From positions 11,769 to 75,768 of the forward strand of contig CANRBG010000002.1 of NCBI GenBank assembly GCA_947628805.1: a DNA stretch of 64,000 nt. Reading direction: 5' to 3'. Every line of letters starts with the position of its first letter. Position 1 is the first letter of the stretch. Positions 36,346 through 45,737 of the stretch are shown here, piece after piece. The position numbers and the translations under genes are program-made. The notes below the pieces were generated by a model that saw nothing but the letters and a program-made list of their open reading frames with translations, did not search any database and was not told the DNA's origin. This DNA comes from an uncultured Oscillospiraceae bacterium. Its GTDB lineage: Bacteria; Bacillota; Clostridia; Oscillospirales; Oscillospiraceae.

Positions 36346-37074
36346 ATGATGATGGAGGTATACGACCAGCAGGGAAAACTCCTGGAGGAATATGACCTGG
36401 AGAAGGGATATCTAAAAGAGGAAATCCGGATCGTTCACCATGATGCGGTGGAGGGCGCGCCGGAGCAGGGGCACTATGAGACGGTCCAGGAATACCCCGG
36501 CGGCGGGAAAGACGTGAAATGGGTGGTAGACGAGCCCGGCGTAGAGGCGCGGGCCGCCTGGAGCGAGGAGAGGACCGTGAACGTCTACGTACCCTACACG
36601 GCGGAAGAACTGGCGGCACGGGAGCGGGACAGGCAGGCTGTTGCAGAAGAGATGTGCCGGCAGGCAGCTGTGGCGGAGGTCCAGACGGCCCTGATCGCCG
36701 CCCAGATCAACACCTTGGCGGTGGACGACGTCACGGCTCTGCGCTGGAGGATGCTGTACCCGGAATGGGCGCCGGACGCGGCGTACAAGACCGGTGAAAA
36801 GGTCCGGCGCGGGGACAGGCTGTACCGGTGCTTACAGGGGCACACGTCCCAGACGGGCTGGGAGCCGGAGGCGGCGGCCAGCCTGTGGACGGAGGTGTGC
36901 GAGAGCCACGCCGGTACGGCGGAGGACCCGATCCCTTACAGCGGGAACATGGCCCTGGAGAGCGGCAAATTCTACTCTCAGGGCGGCGTCACCTACCGGT
37001 GCACCCGGGATACGGGCAATCCTGTATACAACCCCCTGGCCGAGCTGGTGGGGCTTTACGTAGAGGCGGCGTAA
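36346..37074 (+). CDS. Phage-type protein with CBM5/12-like carbohydrate-binding motif
   Basis: WAPDAAYKTGEKVRRGDRLYRCLQGHTSQTGWEPEAAASLW fits the CBM5/12 pattern (Y..GD.V.Y.G..Y.C...H.S..GW.P....LW). Three consecutive ATGs follow AAGGAGG, and the third (36352) has the best spacing. Confidence 0.65.
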   Translation: MMMEVYDQQGKLLEEYDLEKGYLKEEIRIVHHDAVEGAPEQGHYETVQEYPGGGKDVKWVVDEPGVEARAAWSEERTVNVYVPYTAEELAARERDRQAVAEEMCRQAAVAEVQTALIAAQINTLAVDDVTALRWRMLYPEWAPDAAYKTGEKVRRGDRLYRCLQGHTSQTGWEPEAAASLWTEVCESHAGTAEDPIPYSGNMALESGKFYSQGGVTYRCTRDTGNPVYNPLAELVGLYVEAA

Positions 37075-37094
37075 ACAGCGTTTTGGATGGGCAA

Positions 37095-37129
37095 GGCTCC
37101 GGGACCGGTCAGGTCCCGGAGCCTTTTTT
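37095..37129 (+). terminator. Strong terminator closing the fibre module
   Basis: ggctccgggacc / ggtcccggagcc 12-bp stem followed by TTTTTT. Confidence 0.85.
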
Positions 37130-37272
37130 GCGCCCGGAGGCGGACGGCGGGGAGGGGGTTGCGTTTTTGCCTGCCGGGGCGTATACTCACGTCTGTGATC
37201 TTGTGAGGTGTTTCTGTGATACATACAGTCCGCGCACAATTGCATAGGGTGGGCCGGGAGCAGACCCGGGAC

Positions 37273-38604
37273 ATGACCAGCGGCAGTCCCTACAGGCTCA
37301 TGATCGAGTTCGCGCTGCCGGTGCTGCTCAGCCAGATCTTCCAGCAGCTCTATAACACGGCCGACGCCTTCATCGTGGGCCGCTGCCTGGGCACGGAGGC
37401 TCTGGCGGCGGTCACGTCCTCCGGCACGCTCATCTTCCTGATGGTCAGCTTCTTTATGGGCATGAGCATGGGCGCGGGCGTGGTCATATCCCGGTTTTTC
37501 GGCGCGGGGGAGGACGAGCAGGTATCCAGAGCTATCCACACCATGCTGACTTTGGGCATCGTGAGCGGGCTGATCCTGACGGTGGGAGGCGTGCTGCTGA
37601 CGCCGGTATTTTTACGCTGGATGCGGACGGACCCCCAGGTCATGCCCCAGGCGGTGGAGTATTTCCGTTACTATTTCCTGGGGGGCTTGGCCCTGACGAT
37701 GTACAACGACTGCCGCAGCGTCATGACCGCCCTGGGCGACAGCAAGAGACCGCTGTACTATCTCATTTTCTCTTCTCTTTTGAATATTGTGCTGGACTGT
37801 CTGTTCCTGGCGGGATTTCATTGGGGCGTCTGGTCTGCGGCGGTGGCCACGGTCATCTCCCAGGCGGCCAGTGTGGCCCTATGCCTGGCCTATCTGATGC
37901 GCCGGGGCAACCAGTTCACTGTGGAGGTGCGCAAGCTCCGGTTCCACCGGCGCATTTTGGGCATGATCGTCCGGTGTGGACTGCCCTCCGCCGTGCAGAA
38001 TTCCGTCATCGGCTTCGCCAACGTGATCGTCCAGTCCCAGATCAACGGCTTCGGCATGATGGCCATGGCCGCTTTCGGCACCAACGCCAAGATCGAGGGC
38101 TTCGCCTTTTTGCCTATCACCAGCTTCAATATGGCCAGCACCACCTTCATCAGCCAGAACCTGGGTGCGAAGCAGTATGACCGGGCCAGACAGGGCGCCC
38201 GGTTCAGTATCCTGGCGGCGGTGATCCTGGCGGAGGCCATCGGGCTGGCCTACTACGCCTTCGCGCCCCAGCTGATCGGCGTATTTGACAAGACGCCGGA
38301 GGTGGTGGCCCTGGGAACGCTCCAGGCCAGGACGGCGTCGCTTTTCTACTTCCTGCTGGCCTTCTCCCACTCGGTGGCGGCGGTCTGCCGGGGCGCCGGC
38401 AAGGCTTTCGTGCCCATGGTGGTCATGCTCTCCATCTGGTGCGTGGTCCGCATCGCCTACATCTGGGCGGTGACCCGGCTGAGCGACGATATCGGGCTTA
38501 TCTACTGGGCCTATCCCATCACCTGGGCCATCAGCTCGGTGATCTATTTGCTGTATTATCTGTTCTCCGACTGGATCCACGGTTTTGATAAGATGCTCCA
38601 ATAA
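37273..38604 (+). CDS. MATE family efflux transporter
   Basis: MTSGSPYRLMIEFALPVLLSQIFQQLYNTADAFIVGR is the typical MATE N-terminus; 12 TM segments. Confidence 0.9.
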   Translation: MTSGSPYRLMIEFALPVLLSQIFQQLYNTADAFIVGRCLGTEALAAVTSSGTLIFLMVSFFMGMSMGAGVVISRFFGAGEDEQVSRAIHTMLTLGIVSGLILTVGGVLLTPVFLRWMRTDPQVMPQAVEYFRYYFLGGLALTMYNDCRSVMTALGDSKRPLYYLIFSSLLNIVLDCLFLAGFHWGVWSAAVATVISQAASVALCLAYLMRRGNQFTVEVRKLRFHRRILGMIVRCGLPSAVQNSVIGFANVIVQSQINGFGMMAMAAFGTNAKIEGFAFLPITSFNMASTTFISQNLGAKQYDRARQGARFSILAAVILAEAIGLAYYAFAPQLIGVFDKTPEVVALGTLQARTASLFYFLLAFSHSVAAVCRGAGKAFVPMVVMLSIWCVVRIAYIWAVTRLSDDIGLIYWAYPITWAISSVIYLLYYLFSDWIHGFDKMLQ

Positions 38605-38740
38605 TCTCCGGGGACATTTTCATCAGAATTGTCGAAAATGCCAGATTTTTACTTGCAATCCGCAGAAATGTGGTGTAAGCTTTACACAGTTGAATGTTTT
38701 TAGCGTTATCCACATTTTGAAAAGAAAGAAGGAGTTACGC

Positions 38741-39118
38741 ATGGCAGCAAAATTTGAGATCAAAACGGCGAAGAACGGGGAGTTCGTGTTCAACCTGTAT
38801 GCCACCAACGGACAGATCATCGCCACCGGCGGCGAGACCTATACCAGCGTGGATGCGGCAAAGACCGGCGTGGAGAGCGTACGTAAAAACTGCGCTGTCC
38901 ATGTGGAAGACCAGACCAAGGAGGGCTATATGCCTCTGGCCCATCCCAAGTACGAGCTGTACAAGGACAAGGGCGGCCAGTTCCGCTTCCGCCTGAAGGC
39001 CTCCAACGGCGAGATCATCGCCGTCAGCGAGGGCTACAAGGCCAAGAGCAGCGCGAAAAACGGCATCGCCTCCATCGGCCGCAACGCCCCCGAGGCCCCC
39101 GTCGTTGAGGCGGAATGA
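38741..39118 (+). CDS. YegP/DUF1508 family protein (two tandem domains)
   Basis: FEIKTAKNGEFVFNLYATNGQIIATGGETYTS and YELYKDKGGQFRFRLKASNGEIIAVSEGYKA repeats. ATG follows AAGGAG. Confidence 0.85.
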   Translation: MAAKFEIKTAKNGEFVFNLYATNGQIIATGGETYTSVDAAKTGVESVRKNCAVHVEDQTKEGYMPLAHPKYELYKDKGGQFRFRLKASNGEIIAVSEGYKAKSSAKNGIASIGRNAPEAPVVEAE

Positions 39119-39138
39119 ACTGTCTCATAGCACATAGC

Positions 39139-39168
39139 GAAGCCGTCCCCGGTATCCTGGGGACGGCT
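39139..39168 (+). terminator. Terminator after yegP-like gene
   Basis: aagccgtcccc...ggggacggctt hairpin followed by TTTTTT. Confidence 0.8.
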
Positions 39169-39186
39169 TTTTTTGCACCCTATTCT

Positions 39187-39759
39187 TCACTTATTCTCAA
39201 TGTCCGCCCGTTTCAGGACCTTGATCACCGTCAGAAAGAAGATGGACACGTCCTGCCGGAAGGACAGGTCTTCCAGATAGGCCTGGTCGTAGGCGGCTTT
39301 GGCCGCCGCATCCAGCCGGTCCCGGCCATGGACCTGGGCCAGGCCCGACAGACCGGGCCGGAGCTGGTACACGCCCATCCGGCGCCGGAGAAGGCGGATG
39401 TCCTCTTCCGCCGGGACCAGGGGCCGGGGGCCGATCAGGGACATCCGGCCCGTCAGCACCAGAAAAAGCTGGGGCAGCTCGTCCAGACTGGCGGTGCGCA
39501 AAAACCGGCCCAGGCTCGTGACCTGCCGGCCGTGGGACATGCTGCGGAATTTGTACAGCGTGAAGAGCTTTTCATCCCGGCCCAGCCGTTTTTGCCGGAA
39601 CAGCACCGGCTCGCCGGGGCCGGTCAGCTTCACTCCCAGGGCGATGACCAGCATGGGTACTGCCAGCAGCAGGATCAGCGCCGCCGCCAATACCACATCG
39701 CAGACGCGCTTGCAGGTCATATACCGCTCCTGCCGGGCCGTGAGACGGTAGGGGACCAT
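39187..39759 (-). CDS. Small monotopic phosphoglycosyl transferase (bacterial sugar transferase family)
   Basis: One N-terminal hydrophobic helix, then KLTGPGEPVLFRQKRLGRDEKLFTLYKFRSM...DELPQL...GRMSLIGPRP. The ATG overlaps the oppF stop (TGATG). Confidence 0.85.
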   Translation of the reverse strand: MVPYRLTARQERYMTCKRVCDVVLAAALILLLAVPMLVIALGVKLTGPGEPVLFRQKRLGRDEKLFTLYKFRSMSHGRQVTSLGRFLRTASLDELPQLFLVLTGRMSLIGPRPLVPAEEDIRLLRRRMGVYQLRPGLSGLAQVHGRDRLDAAAKAAYDQAYLEDLSFRQDVSIFFLTVIKVLKRADIENK

Positions 39760-40721
39760 CACAGCTCCTCCGCCCGGTGGCAGGCCACCAACCGGCCCTC
39801 CAGGGGCCGCAGAGAGGGCGGCTCGGTCCGGCAGCGGTCCGTGGCGTAGGGGCAGCGGGTGTGGAACCGGCAGCCGGCGGGCGGGTCGATGGGGCTGGGT
39901 ATCTCTCCTTGCAGGAGGTTTTTTTCATCGTCCCGGAGGCGTGGGTCCGCCTGGGGGATGGCCTCCAGCAGAAAGCGTGTGTAGGGGTGCAGGGGACGGG
40001 CGTATACGTCGGCGCCGGTGCCCACCTCGCAGAGCTTCCCCAAAAACATCACCGCCACCCGGTCCGCCATGAACCGCACCACGCTCAGGTCGTGGCTGAT
40101 GAACAGATAGGTCAGCGCGAACCGCTCCTGCAGGTCCTTCAGCAGGTTCAATATCTGGCTCTGGACCGACACGTCCAGGGCCGACACGGGCTCGTCGCAC
40201 ACGATCAGCCTGGGCCGCAGGGCGATGGCCCGGGCGATGCCGATGCGCTGGCGCTGGCCGCCGGAGAACTGGTGGGGATAGCGGTAGAGGAATTCCTCCG
40301 GGATGCCCACTTCGTCCAGAAGCTCCCGGACCCGCTGGGTGGTGGCGGCCCGGTCCGGGCAGACCCCATATGTCTCCAGTGGCTCTGCCACGATGTCCCG
40401 GACCGTCATGCGGGGGTCCAGGGAGGCGTAGGGGTCCTGGAAGATCAGCTGCATCTGCCGCCGGTAGGGGGCCAGCTCCTTTTGGCTCAGGGCCGTCAGG
40501 TCCGTGCCCTCAAAGGTCACGGTCCCGGCGGTAGGAGGGATGAGGCCGATCAGAGTCCGGCCCAGGGTGCTCTTGCCGCAGCCGGACTCGCCCACCAGCG
40601 CCAGGGTCTCCCCGGCCCGGATGGTCAGGTCCACATGGGACACGGCGTGGACCTTTTTCCGGCCCTTGGCGGGAAACTCCTTGACCAGGTCTTTGGCCTC
40701 CAGCAGTATTTTCTCCGCCAT
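39759..40721 (-). CDS. oppF: Oligopeptide ABC transporter ATP-binding protein
   Basis: Walker [30 protein letters not shown], and a C-terminal oligopeptide/dipeptide domain (PxGCxFxxRC). Confidence 0.9.
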   Translation of the reverse strand: MAEKILLEAKDLVKEFPAKGRKKVHAVSHVDLTIRAGETLALVGESGCGKSTLGRTLIGLIPPTAGTVTFEGTDLTALSQKELAPYRRQMQLIFQDPYASLDPRMTVRDIVAEPLETYGVCPDRAATTQRVRELLDEVGIPEEFLYRYPHQFSGGQRQRIGIARAIALRPRLIVCDEPVSALDVSVQSQILNLLKDLQERFALTYLFISHDLSVVRFMADRVAVMFLGKLCEVGTGADVYARPLHPYTRFLLEAIPQADPRLRDDEKNLLQGEIPSPIDPPAGCRFHTRCPYATDRCRTEPPSLRPLEGRLVACHRAEEL

Positions 40722-41692
40722 CAGCTCCGCCCCCTTTCAAAGCACCGGCACCAGTGGCCGGGACCGATCTGTTCCAGCTCCGGCCGCTCGGTGTGGCATA
40801 TCTCCCGGGCGTGGGGACACCGGGGCGCGAAGGCGCAGCCCGCCGGCAGCCGCAGCAGGTTCGGCACCACGCCGCCGATGGCCGGCAGACGCTGGGGACT
40901 GGCGTCCAGGCGGATCACCGAGTCCATGAGGCCCCGGGTGTAGGGGTGGGCCCGCTTGTCAAAGAGGGTCAGCGCGTCCGCCTGCTCCACGATCTTCCCG
41001 GCGTACATCACGTATACTTTGTCGCACATCTGGGCGATCACGCCCAGGTTGTGGCTGATGAGCAGCACGCTCATGCCCGTCTCCCGGCTCAGATCGCGGA
41101 TCAGCCGCAGTATCTGGGCCTCGATGGTTACGTCCAGGGCCGTGGTGGGCTCGTCGGCGATGAGCAGCTTGGGCCTGCAGATCATGGCCATGGCGATCAT
41201 GACTCGCTGGCGCAGGCCGCCGGACAGCTCATGGGGATAGGCGTTGTACCGCTTTTCCGGCTCCGAGATGCCCACGTGGGACAGCATGCGGATCACCTCT
41301 GCCTTGGCCTCGGCCTTGGACATGTTTTCATGCAGCAGCAGGGCCTCCCGCATCTGCTTGCCCACCGGGACCACCGGGTTTAAGCTGGTCATGGGCTCCT
41401 GGAAGATCATGGCCATGTCCTTGCCCCGGATGGGCTGCAGCTGCCGGTCGGTGAGGCCGGTCAGCTCCTGTCCCGCGAGGATAATGCTGCCGCCGGTGAT
41501 GCGGCCCGGGTACTTCAAAAGGCCCATCACGGACCGGGCGATCATGCTCTTGCCGCAGCCGGACTCGCCCACGATGCCCACCACCTGGCCCTTGCCGATG
41601 GTCAGCGACACGTCGTCCACCGCGGGCACATAGCCCCGCTCCGTGAAAAAGCCGGAGGACAGATGTTCGATTTTCAGCGTATACTCGTCCAT
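40721..41692 (-). CDS. oppD: Oligopeptide ABC transporter ATP-binding protein
   Basis: [29 protein letters not shown], and a C-terminal [13 protein letters not shown]. Confidence 0.9.
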   Translation of the reverse strand: MDEYTLKIEHLSSGFFTERGYVPAVDDVSLTIGKGQVVGIVGESGCGKSMIARSVMGLLKYPGRITGGSIILAGQELTGLTDRQLQPIRGKDMAMIFQEPMTSLNPVVPVGKQMREALLLHENMSKAEAKAEVIRMLSHVGISEPEKRYNAYPHELSGGLRQRVMIAMAMICRPKLLIADEPTTALDVTIEAQILRLIRDLSRETGMSVLLISHNLGVIAQMCDKVYVMYAGKIVEQADALTLFDKRAHPYTRGLMDSVIRLDASPQRLPAIGGVVPNLLRLPAGCAFAPRCPHAREICHTERPELEQIGPGHWCRCFERGRS

Positions 41693-41699
41693 AGCGTCC

Positions 41700-42608
41700 T
41701 CACTCGTTGTTCAGATGGGGGTCCAGAGCGTCCCGGAGCCCGTCGCCCAGGAAGTTGCAGCTGAGCACCACCAGCATGATGGCCGCGCTGGGGGCCAGGC
41801 TGATCCAGGGGGCGTTGTAGAGGAATTGCCGGCCCATGTTCACCATCAGGCCCCAGGAGGAATTGGGCAGCTTGATGCCCACGCCCAGAAAGCTCAGAGA
41901 GCTCTCCGACAAAATGGCGGAGGGGATGTTCAGGGTGAACAGCACGATCAGCGCGGGCAGACAGTTGGGCAGGATATGCCGCCGGATGATCCGCCCGGGC
42001 TTTACGCCGATGCTCTTGGCCGCCTGGACGTATTCCGTCTCCTTCAGGGAGATGGTCTCCGAACGGGCCACCCGGGCCACGCTGGCCCAGCCCACCAGGG
42101 CCAGGGCCAGGAAGATGTTCATGACCCCGTCGCCCAGGGTGTACATGATCACCATGGCCAGCAGCAGGGAGGGGAACGCCAGCATCACGTCCGCCAGGCG
42201 CATGATGATATAGTCCGTCTTGCCCCCGGCGTAGCCCGCGATCACCCCCAGGGCCACGCCGATGATCATGGAGATCATGGTGGGCACCACGCCCACCGCC
42301 AGGGAGATGCGGGCCCCGTACAACAGCCGGGTCAGCACGTCCCGGCCCATCTCGTCCGTGCCCAGCCAGTGGGCGGCGGAGGGGGCCTGCAGCCGAGTGG
42401 AGGCGTCGCCGTTCACCGCGTCGTAGGGCGACAGGACCGGCACGAAAACCGCCGCCAATACCAGCAGGACCAGAAAGACCGCCGAGGCCACCGCCAGCTT
42501 GTTTTTCCGGGCCATGCGCCGCAGGCGCACGCCCATGCCCTCGCTCTCGCCGATCTGGCTGGCCAGGTCGGCGGACAGGACGTCCTTTTTGCTCTTGAAC
42601 AGCGCCAT
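41700..42608 (-). CDS. oppC: Oligopeptide ABC transporter permease
   Basis: BPD-transport permease with an EAA-like loop; probable start MALFKSKKDV. Confidence 0.85.
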   Translation of the reverse strand: MALFKSKKDVLSADLASQIGESEGMGVRLRRMARKNKLAVASAVFLVLLVLAAVFVPVLSPYDAVNGDASTRLQAPSAAHWLGTDEMGRDVLTRLLYGARISLAVGVVPTMISMIIGVALGVIAGYAGGKTDYIIMRLADVMLAFPSLLLAMVIMYTLGDGVMNIFLALALVGWASVARVARSETISLKETEYVQAAKSIGVKPGRIIRRHILPNCLPALIVLFTLNIPSAILSESSLSFLGVGIKLPNSSWGLMVNMGRQFLYNAPWISLAPSAAIMLVVLSCNFLGDGLRDALDPHLNNE

Positions 42609-42609
42609 G

Positions 42610-43542
42610 TCAGCCCTCCTTCCGGATCCGGGGGTCCAGCACGCTGTACAGGCAGTCGGCAACCAGGTTCCCGGCGATGACCAGGGCCGTGGCGAAGATC
42701 ACCGAGCCCTGCAAAAGCGGCACGTCCCGGCCGGAGATGGCGTCGATGCACAGCCTGCCGATGCCAGGCAGGGAGAAGATGGTCTCCGTGATCACCGCGC
42801 CGGACAGAAGGGAGGATATCTGGATGGCCATGACCGTGATCACCGGGATCATGGCGTTGCGCAGCGCGTGGAACACCACCGCGCCGGACACGCTCCGGCC
42901 CTTGGCACGGGCCGTGTCTATGTAGTCGGACTGCATGACCTCCAGCAATGTGGAGCGGGTCAGCCGCGCCACGGATCCCGCGCTGCTCCAGCCCAGGGCC
43001 ACCGCGGGCAGCACGTAGCAGATCAGTCCCTCCTTGGTGCCCTGGATGGGGAACCACTTCAGCTTGTAGGCCAGCAGATATTGCAGCACCATGGCCGTCA
43101 TGAATACGGGCACCGAGATGCCCAGCAGGGAAAAGCCCATGCCCAGCCGGTCAGCCAGACGGTCCTTGCGCATGGCGGAGATCACCCCGCACAGGATGCC
43201 GATGACCCATGCCACCAGCGCCGCCAGCACCGAGAGCTTGATGGTCACGGGGAAGTAGGCGGCGATCAGCTCCGACACCGGCTTGTGGTACTTGATGCTG
43301 GTGCCCATGTCGCCGGTGAAAAGGCCGGTGATATACACCCAAAACTGCACATACCAGGGCTTGTCCAGCCCCAGCTCCGCGCTGATCTGCTGGACCACCT
43401 CTTCCCGGGCGTGCTCGCCCATCATGGTCAGGATGGCGTTGCCCGGCAAAATGCGCAATATGAGATATATGACCAGGACCACCCCGATCAGGACCGGGAT
43501 GGAGCTCAATATCCGGCGTATCACGCTTTTCAGTGTGCTCAT
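42610..43542 (-). CDS. oppB: Oligopeptide ABC transporter permease
   Basis: MSTLKSVIRRILSSIPVLIGVV... is a typical OppB/DppB N-terminus. RBS AAGGAAGTG. Confidence 0.85.
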   Translation of the reverse strand: MSTLKSVIRRILSSIPVLIGVVLVIYLILRILPGNAILTMMGEHAREEVVQQISAELGLDKPWYVQFWVYITGLFTGDMGTSIKYHKPVSELIAAYFPVTIKLSVLAALVAWVIGILCGVISAMRKDRLADRLGMGFSLLGISVPVFMTAMVLQYLLAYKLKWFPIQGTKEGLICYVLPAVALGWSSAGSVARLTRSTLLEVMQSDYIDTARAKGRSVSGAVVFHALRNAMIPVITVMAIQISSLLSGAVITETIFSLPGIGRLCIDAISGRDVPLLQGSVIFATALVIAGNLVADCLYSVLDPRIRKEG

Positions 43543-43658
43543 GGGGTCACTTCCTTTGCTGAGAGGGAATATACCAGAGGAATATACCAGTTGGGCGCAG
43601 GGGTCTCCTCCTGCGCCCAACAATACATTTTATATGATTATAGGGGCCGCTGTCAACA

Positions 43659-45248
43659 TCACTTCATTTCCACGTCCCGGACGAAGAAGTTGGAGAAGCC
43701 GGCCCAGTGGGGCACGAAGGACTCCACCTTCTCGCCGATGCAGAACAGATGCGCCCGCTCGTACAGAGGCACCACGGCGGCGTCCTCCACCACGATGGCA
43801 TGCTCGATGGCCTGGTATTCCGCCATGCGCTCGTCGTCGTCCATGATGGAGGAGGCGGCGTCTACCCGGTCCTTGATCTCCTGATTGGCGTAGTTCAGGC
43901 TCCGGCCGGAGGTGCTGTTGGAAAAGAACGTGCCCAGGATGTTGGCGGGGTCGTTATAGTCCATGGTCCAGGTGCCCAGGAAGGCGGGCATTTCCTCCGT
44001 ACGGCGGAAGTCCAGCCAGGCGGACTCGTCATAACTCTCGATGTCCACGTTGATGCCCACGGCGGCCAGATCCTGGGCGATCTGCTGATACACCATGGAA
44101 GTGGTATCGCCGCTGGAGGAGTCCAGGGAGAACTCAAAGCTGATCTCGCCCTCCTCATAGCCAGCCTCCGCCAGCAGGGCCTTGGCACCCTCGGGATCGT
44201 AGACGATGGGTTCCAGGTCCTCGTTGTGGCCCCAGACGCCGGTGGCGATCATGCCGTTCTGGATGATGCCGTCGCCGCCGTAGAAGTTATCCAGCAGGCT
44301 CTGCCGGTCGATAGCCATCTGCACGGCCTTGCGCACGTTCACGTCGGACAGGAATTCGTTGTTCTCGTTCATGCTCATGAACGTCACGCCTACCCGGTAG
44401 CCGGGGACGATGGAGTCGGCGTAGGTGGTCTTGTAGACGCTGTCGATGATGGAGGCGTCCAGCGCGTCCAGGTCGATGATGTCCAGTTCGCCGCTCTGGA
44501 ACATCAGGTTCTGGGTGTTGGCGTCGGGCACCACGTTCATGATGACCACGTCCGCGTCAGGGGCCTCGCCCCAGTAGTTCTCGTTGCGGGTCAGGGTGAA
44601 GTGGTCGTTGGGGACCCACTCGCTGACCACGTACGGGCCGGAGCCAATGGTGTCGGCGGGCTCCATGCCGAAGCCCTCCACGCTCTCCACCGTCTCCTGG
44701 TCGATGATGCTCATGGCGGGAGAGGTCAGCTCCGCCAGATAGCCGGCGTTGGCGGCCTCCAGGGTCAGGGTGAAGTTATAGTCGTCCTCCACCGCGATGC
44801 CCTCCAGCTCCTCCGCCTCGCCGTCCAGCAGGGCCTGGGCGCCCACCACCTCCTGGGCGATGTCATAGTTGCAGGCACCGGGGACCGTCAGCAGATGCTC
44901 GAAGGTGTACTTCACATCGGAGGCGGTCAGGGGGTTGCCGTTGGAGAAGGTCACGCCCTCCACCAGCTGGAAGGTATAGGTCAGGCCGTCGTCGGACACG
45001 CTGTAGTCCGCCACCAGGGAGGGGACGATCTCCGTGGAGCCGTCCTCTTGGACCTTGATCTCGAAAAGCCGGTCGAATACGTTGTGGGGGATGAAGTAGT
45101 CGTCCGTGGTCAGAGCCACGTCCATGGTCAGGATGTCGCTCTCAGAGGCCAGGTTCAGGACCTTCTCCTCCTCCGCGGCATAGGCCGGGACGGCCGCCAG
45201 GCTCATGATCATGGCCAGAGCCAAAACAAACGCCAGGTGCTTTCTCAT
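43659..45248 (-). CDS. oppA: Peptide ABC transporter substrate-binding protein (family 5)
   Basis: Signal peptide MRKHLAFVLALAMIMSLAAVPAYA; SBP_bac_5-type body. RBS AAGGAGG. Confidence 0.85.
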   Translation of the reverse strand: MRKHLAFVLALAMIMSLAAVPAYAAEEEKVLNLASESDILTMDVALTTDDYFIPHNVFDRLFEIKVQEDGSTEIVPSLVADYSVSDDGLTYTFQLVEGVTFSNGNPLTASDVKYTFEHLLTVPGACNYDIAQEVVGAQALLDGEAEELEGIAVEDDYNFTLTLEAANAGYLAELTSPAMSIIDQETVESVEGFGMEPADTIGSGPYVVSEWVPNDHFTLTRNENYWGEAPDADVVIMNVVPDANTQNLMFQSGELDIIDLDALDASIIDSVYKTTYADSIVPGYRVGVTFMSMNENNEFLSDVNVRKAVQMAIDRQSLLDNFYGGDGIIQNGMIATGVWGHNEDLEPIVYDPEGAKALLAEAGYEEGEISFEFSLDSSSGDTTSMVYQQIAQDLAAVGINVDIESYDESAWLDFRRTEEMPAFLGTWTMDYNDPANILGTFFSNSTSGRSLNYANQEIKDRVDAASSIMDDDERMAEYQAIEHAIVVEDAAVVPLYERAHLFCIGEKVESFVPHWAGFSNFFVRDVEMK

Positions 45249-45442
45249 ACAGGAAATACCTCCTTGATTTACTCCGTTAAATATACAGGATTTTAACCGC
45301 AATGAAAATGGCGTTATATGCTCATGTCCTTGTAAAAAATGCTATACATGGCGATATTTGCAGAAAAATGCCGCCGATGACACAACAATTTAAATATGGA
45401 AAGTGGGGCGGAGAACAGTTCCTTATGGAATGTGCGACGCAG

Positions 45443-45495
45443 GCGGAGAGTCAGACGGCTCTCCGCTTTTTTGCCGCCCGGCGGGGCGTTTTTTT
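45443..45495 (+). terminator. Two tandem rho-independent terminators with no annotated upstream gene
   Basis: gcggagag-tcagacgg-ctctccgc followed by TTTTTT (45443-45472), then cgccc-ggcg-gggcg followed by TTTTTTT (45475-45495), on the + strand in the oppA/mraZ intergenic region. Confidence 0.6.
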
Positions 45496-45641
45496 GTTCG
45501 CGGAAAGATCATTGGGGATTTCTTCCAACAAAAATATTCCCGCCCTTTTTGCCAAAACTACATGTTGTAGCGGCACAAATGCCCGCACACTATTGGAAAT
45601 AATTGGCAGGCACAAAAGTGTAAAAAACCAAAAAAATCCCC

Positions 45642-45670
45642 TTGCAATTTGAAAAAGGGCCCTCTATAAT
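45642..45670 (+). promoter_or_regulatory. dcw cluster promoter (Pmra)
   Basis: TTGCAA, 17 nt spacer, TATAAT. Confidence 0.7.
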
Positions 45671-45678
45671 AAAGGCGA

Positions 45679-45703
45679 AGTGGGGCAAAGTGGTGGAAAG
45701 TGT
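45679..45703 (+). promoter_or_regulatory. Candidate MraZ operator: three AGTG(G) direct repeats at 10-bp period
   Basis: AGTGGggcaaAGTGGtggaaAGTGt lies immediately downstream of the -10 box, matching the direct-repeat architecture known for MraZ boxes. Confidence 0.6.
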
Positions 45704-45737
45704 TTCATAATCCCACAAAAGGGCGGAGGTGAGCCGG

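Larger units (their letters stand above)
33392..37130 (+). mobile_element. Decayed prophage / integrative-element remnant at the 3' side of tRNA-Gln
   Basis: Short tandem repeats and a truncated tyrosine-integrase fragment abut the tRNA, followed by phage tail-fibre-type and CBM-type genes and a strong terminator. No other phage genes are present and no flanking att repeat was found. Confidence 0.65.

Noticed and set aside
37075-37215. Searched for a direct repeat of the tRNA-Gln 3' end (attR) at the far side of the prophage remnant
   Set aside because: No match of useful length to GGTTCGAATCCTTCTCCCGCT was seen by eye, so the element boundary at about 37130 is set only by the terminator and the start of the MATE gene.
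45302-45652. 116-aa and 68-aa ORFs in the oppA-mraZ spacer
   Set aside because: They read through two intrinsic terminators, lack an RBS and have odd composition. The region is treated as non-coding or a possible sRNA instead.
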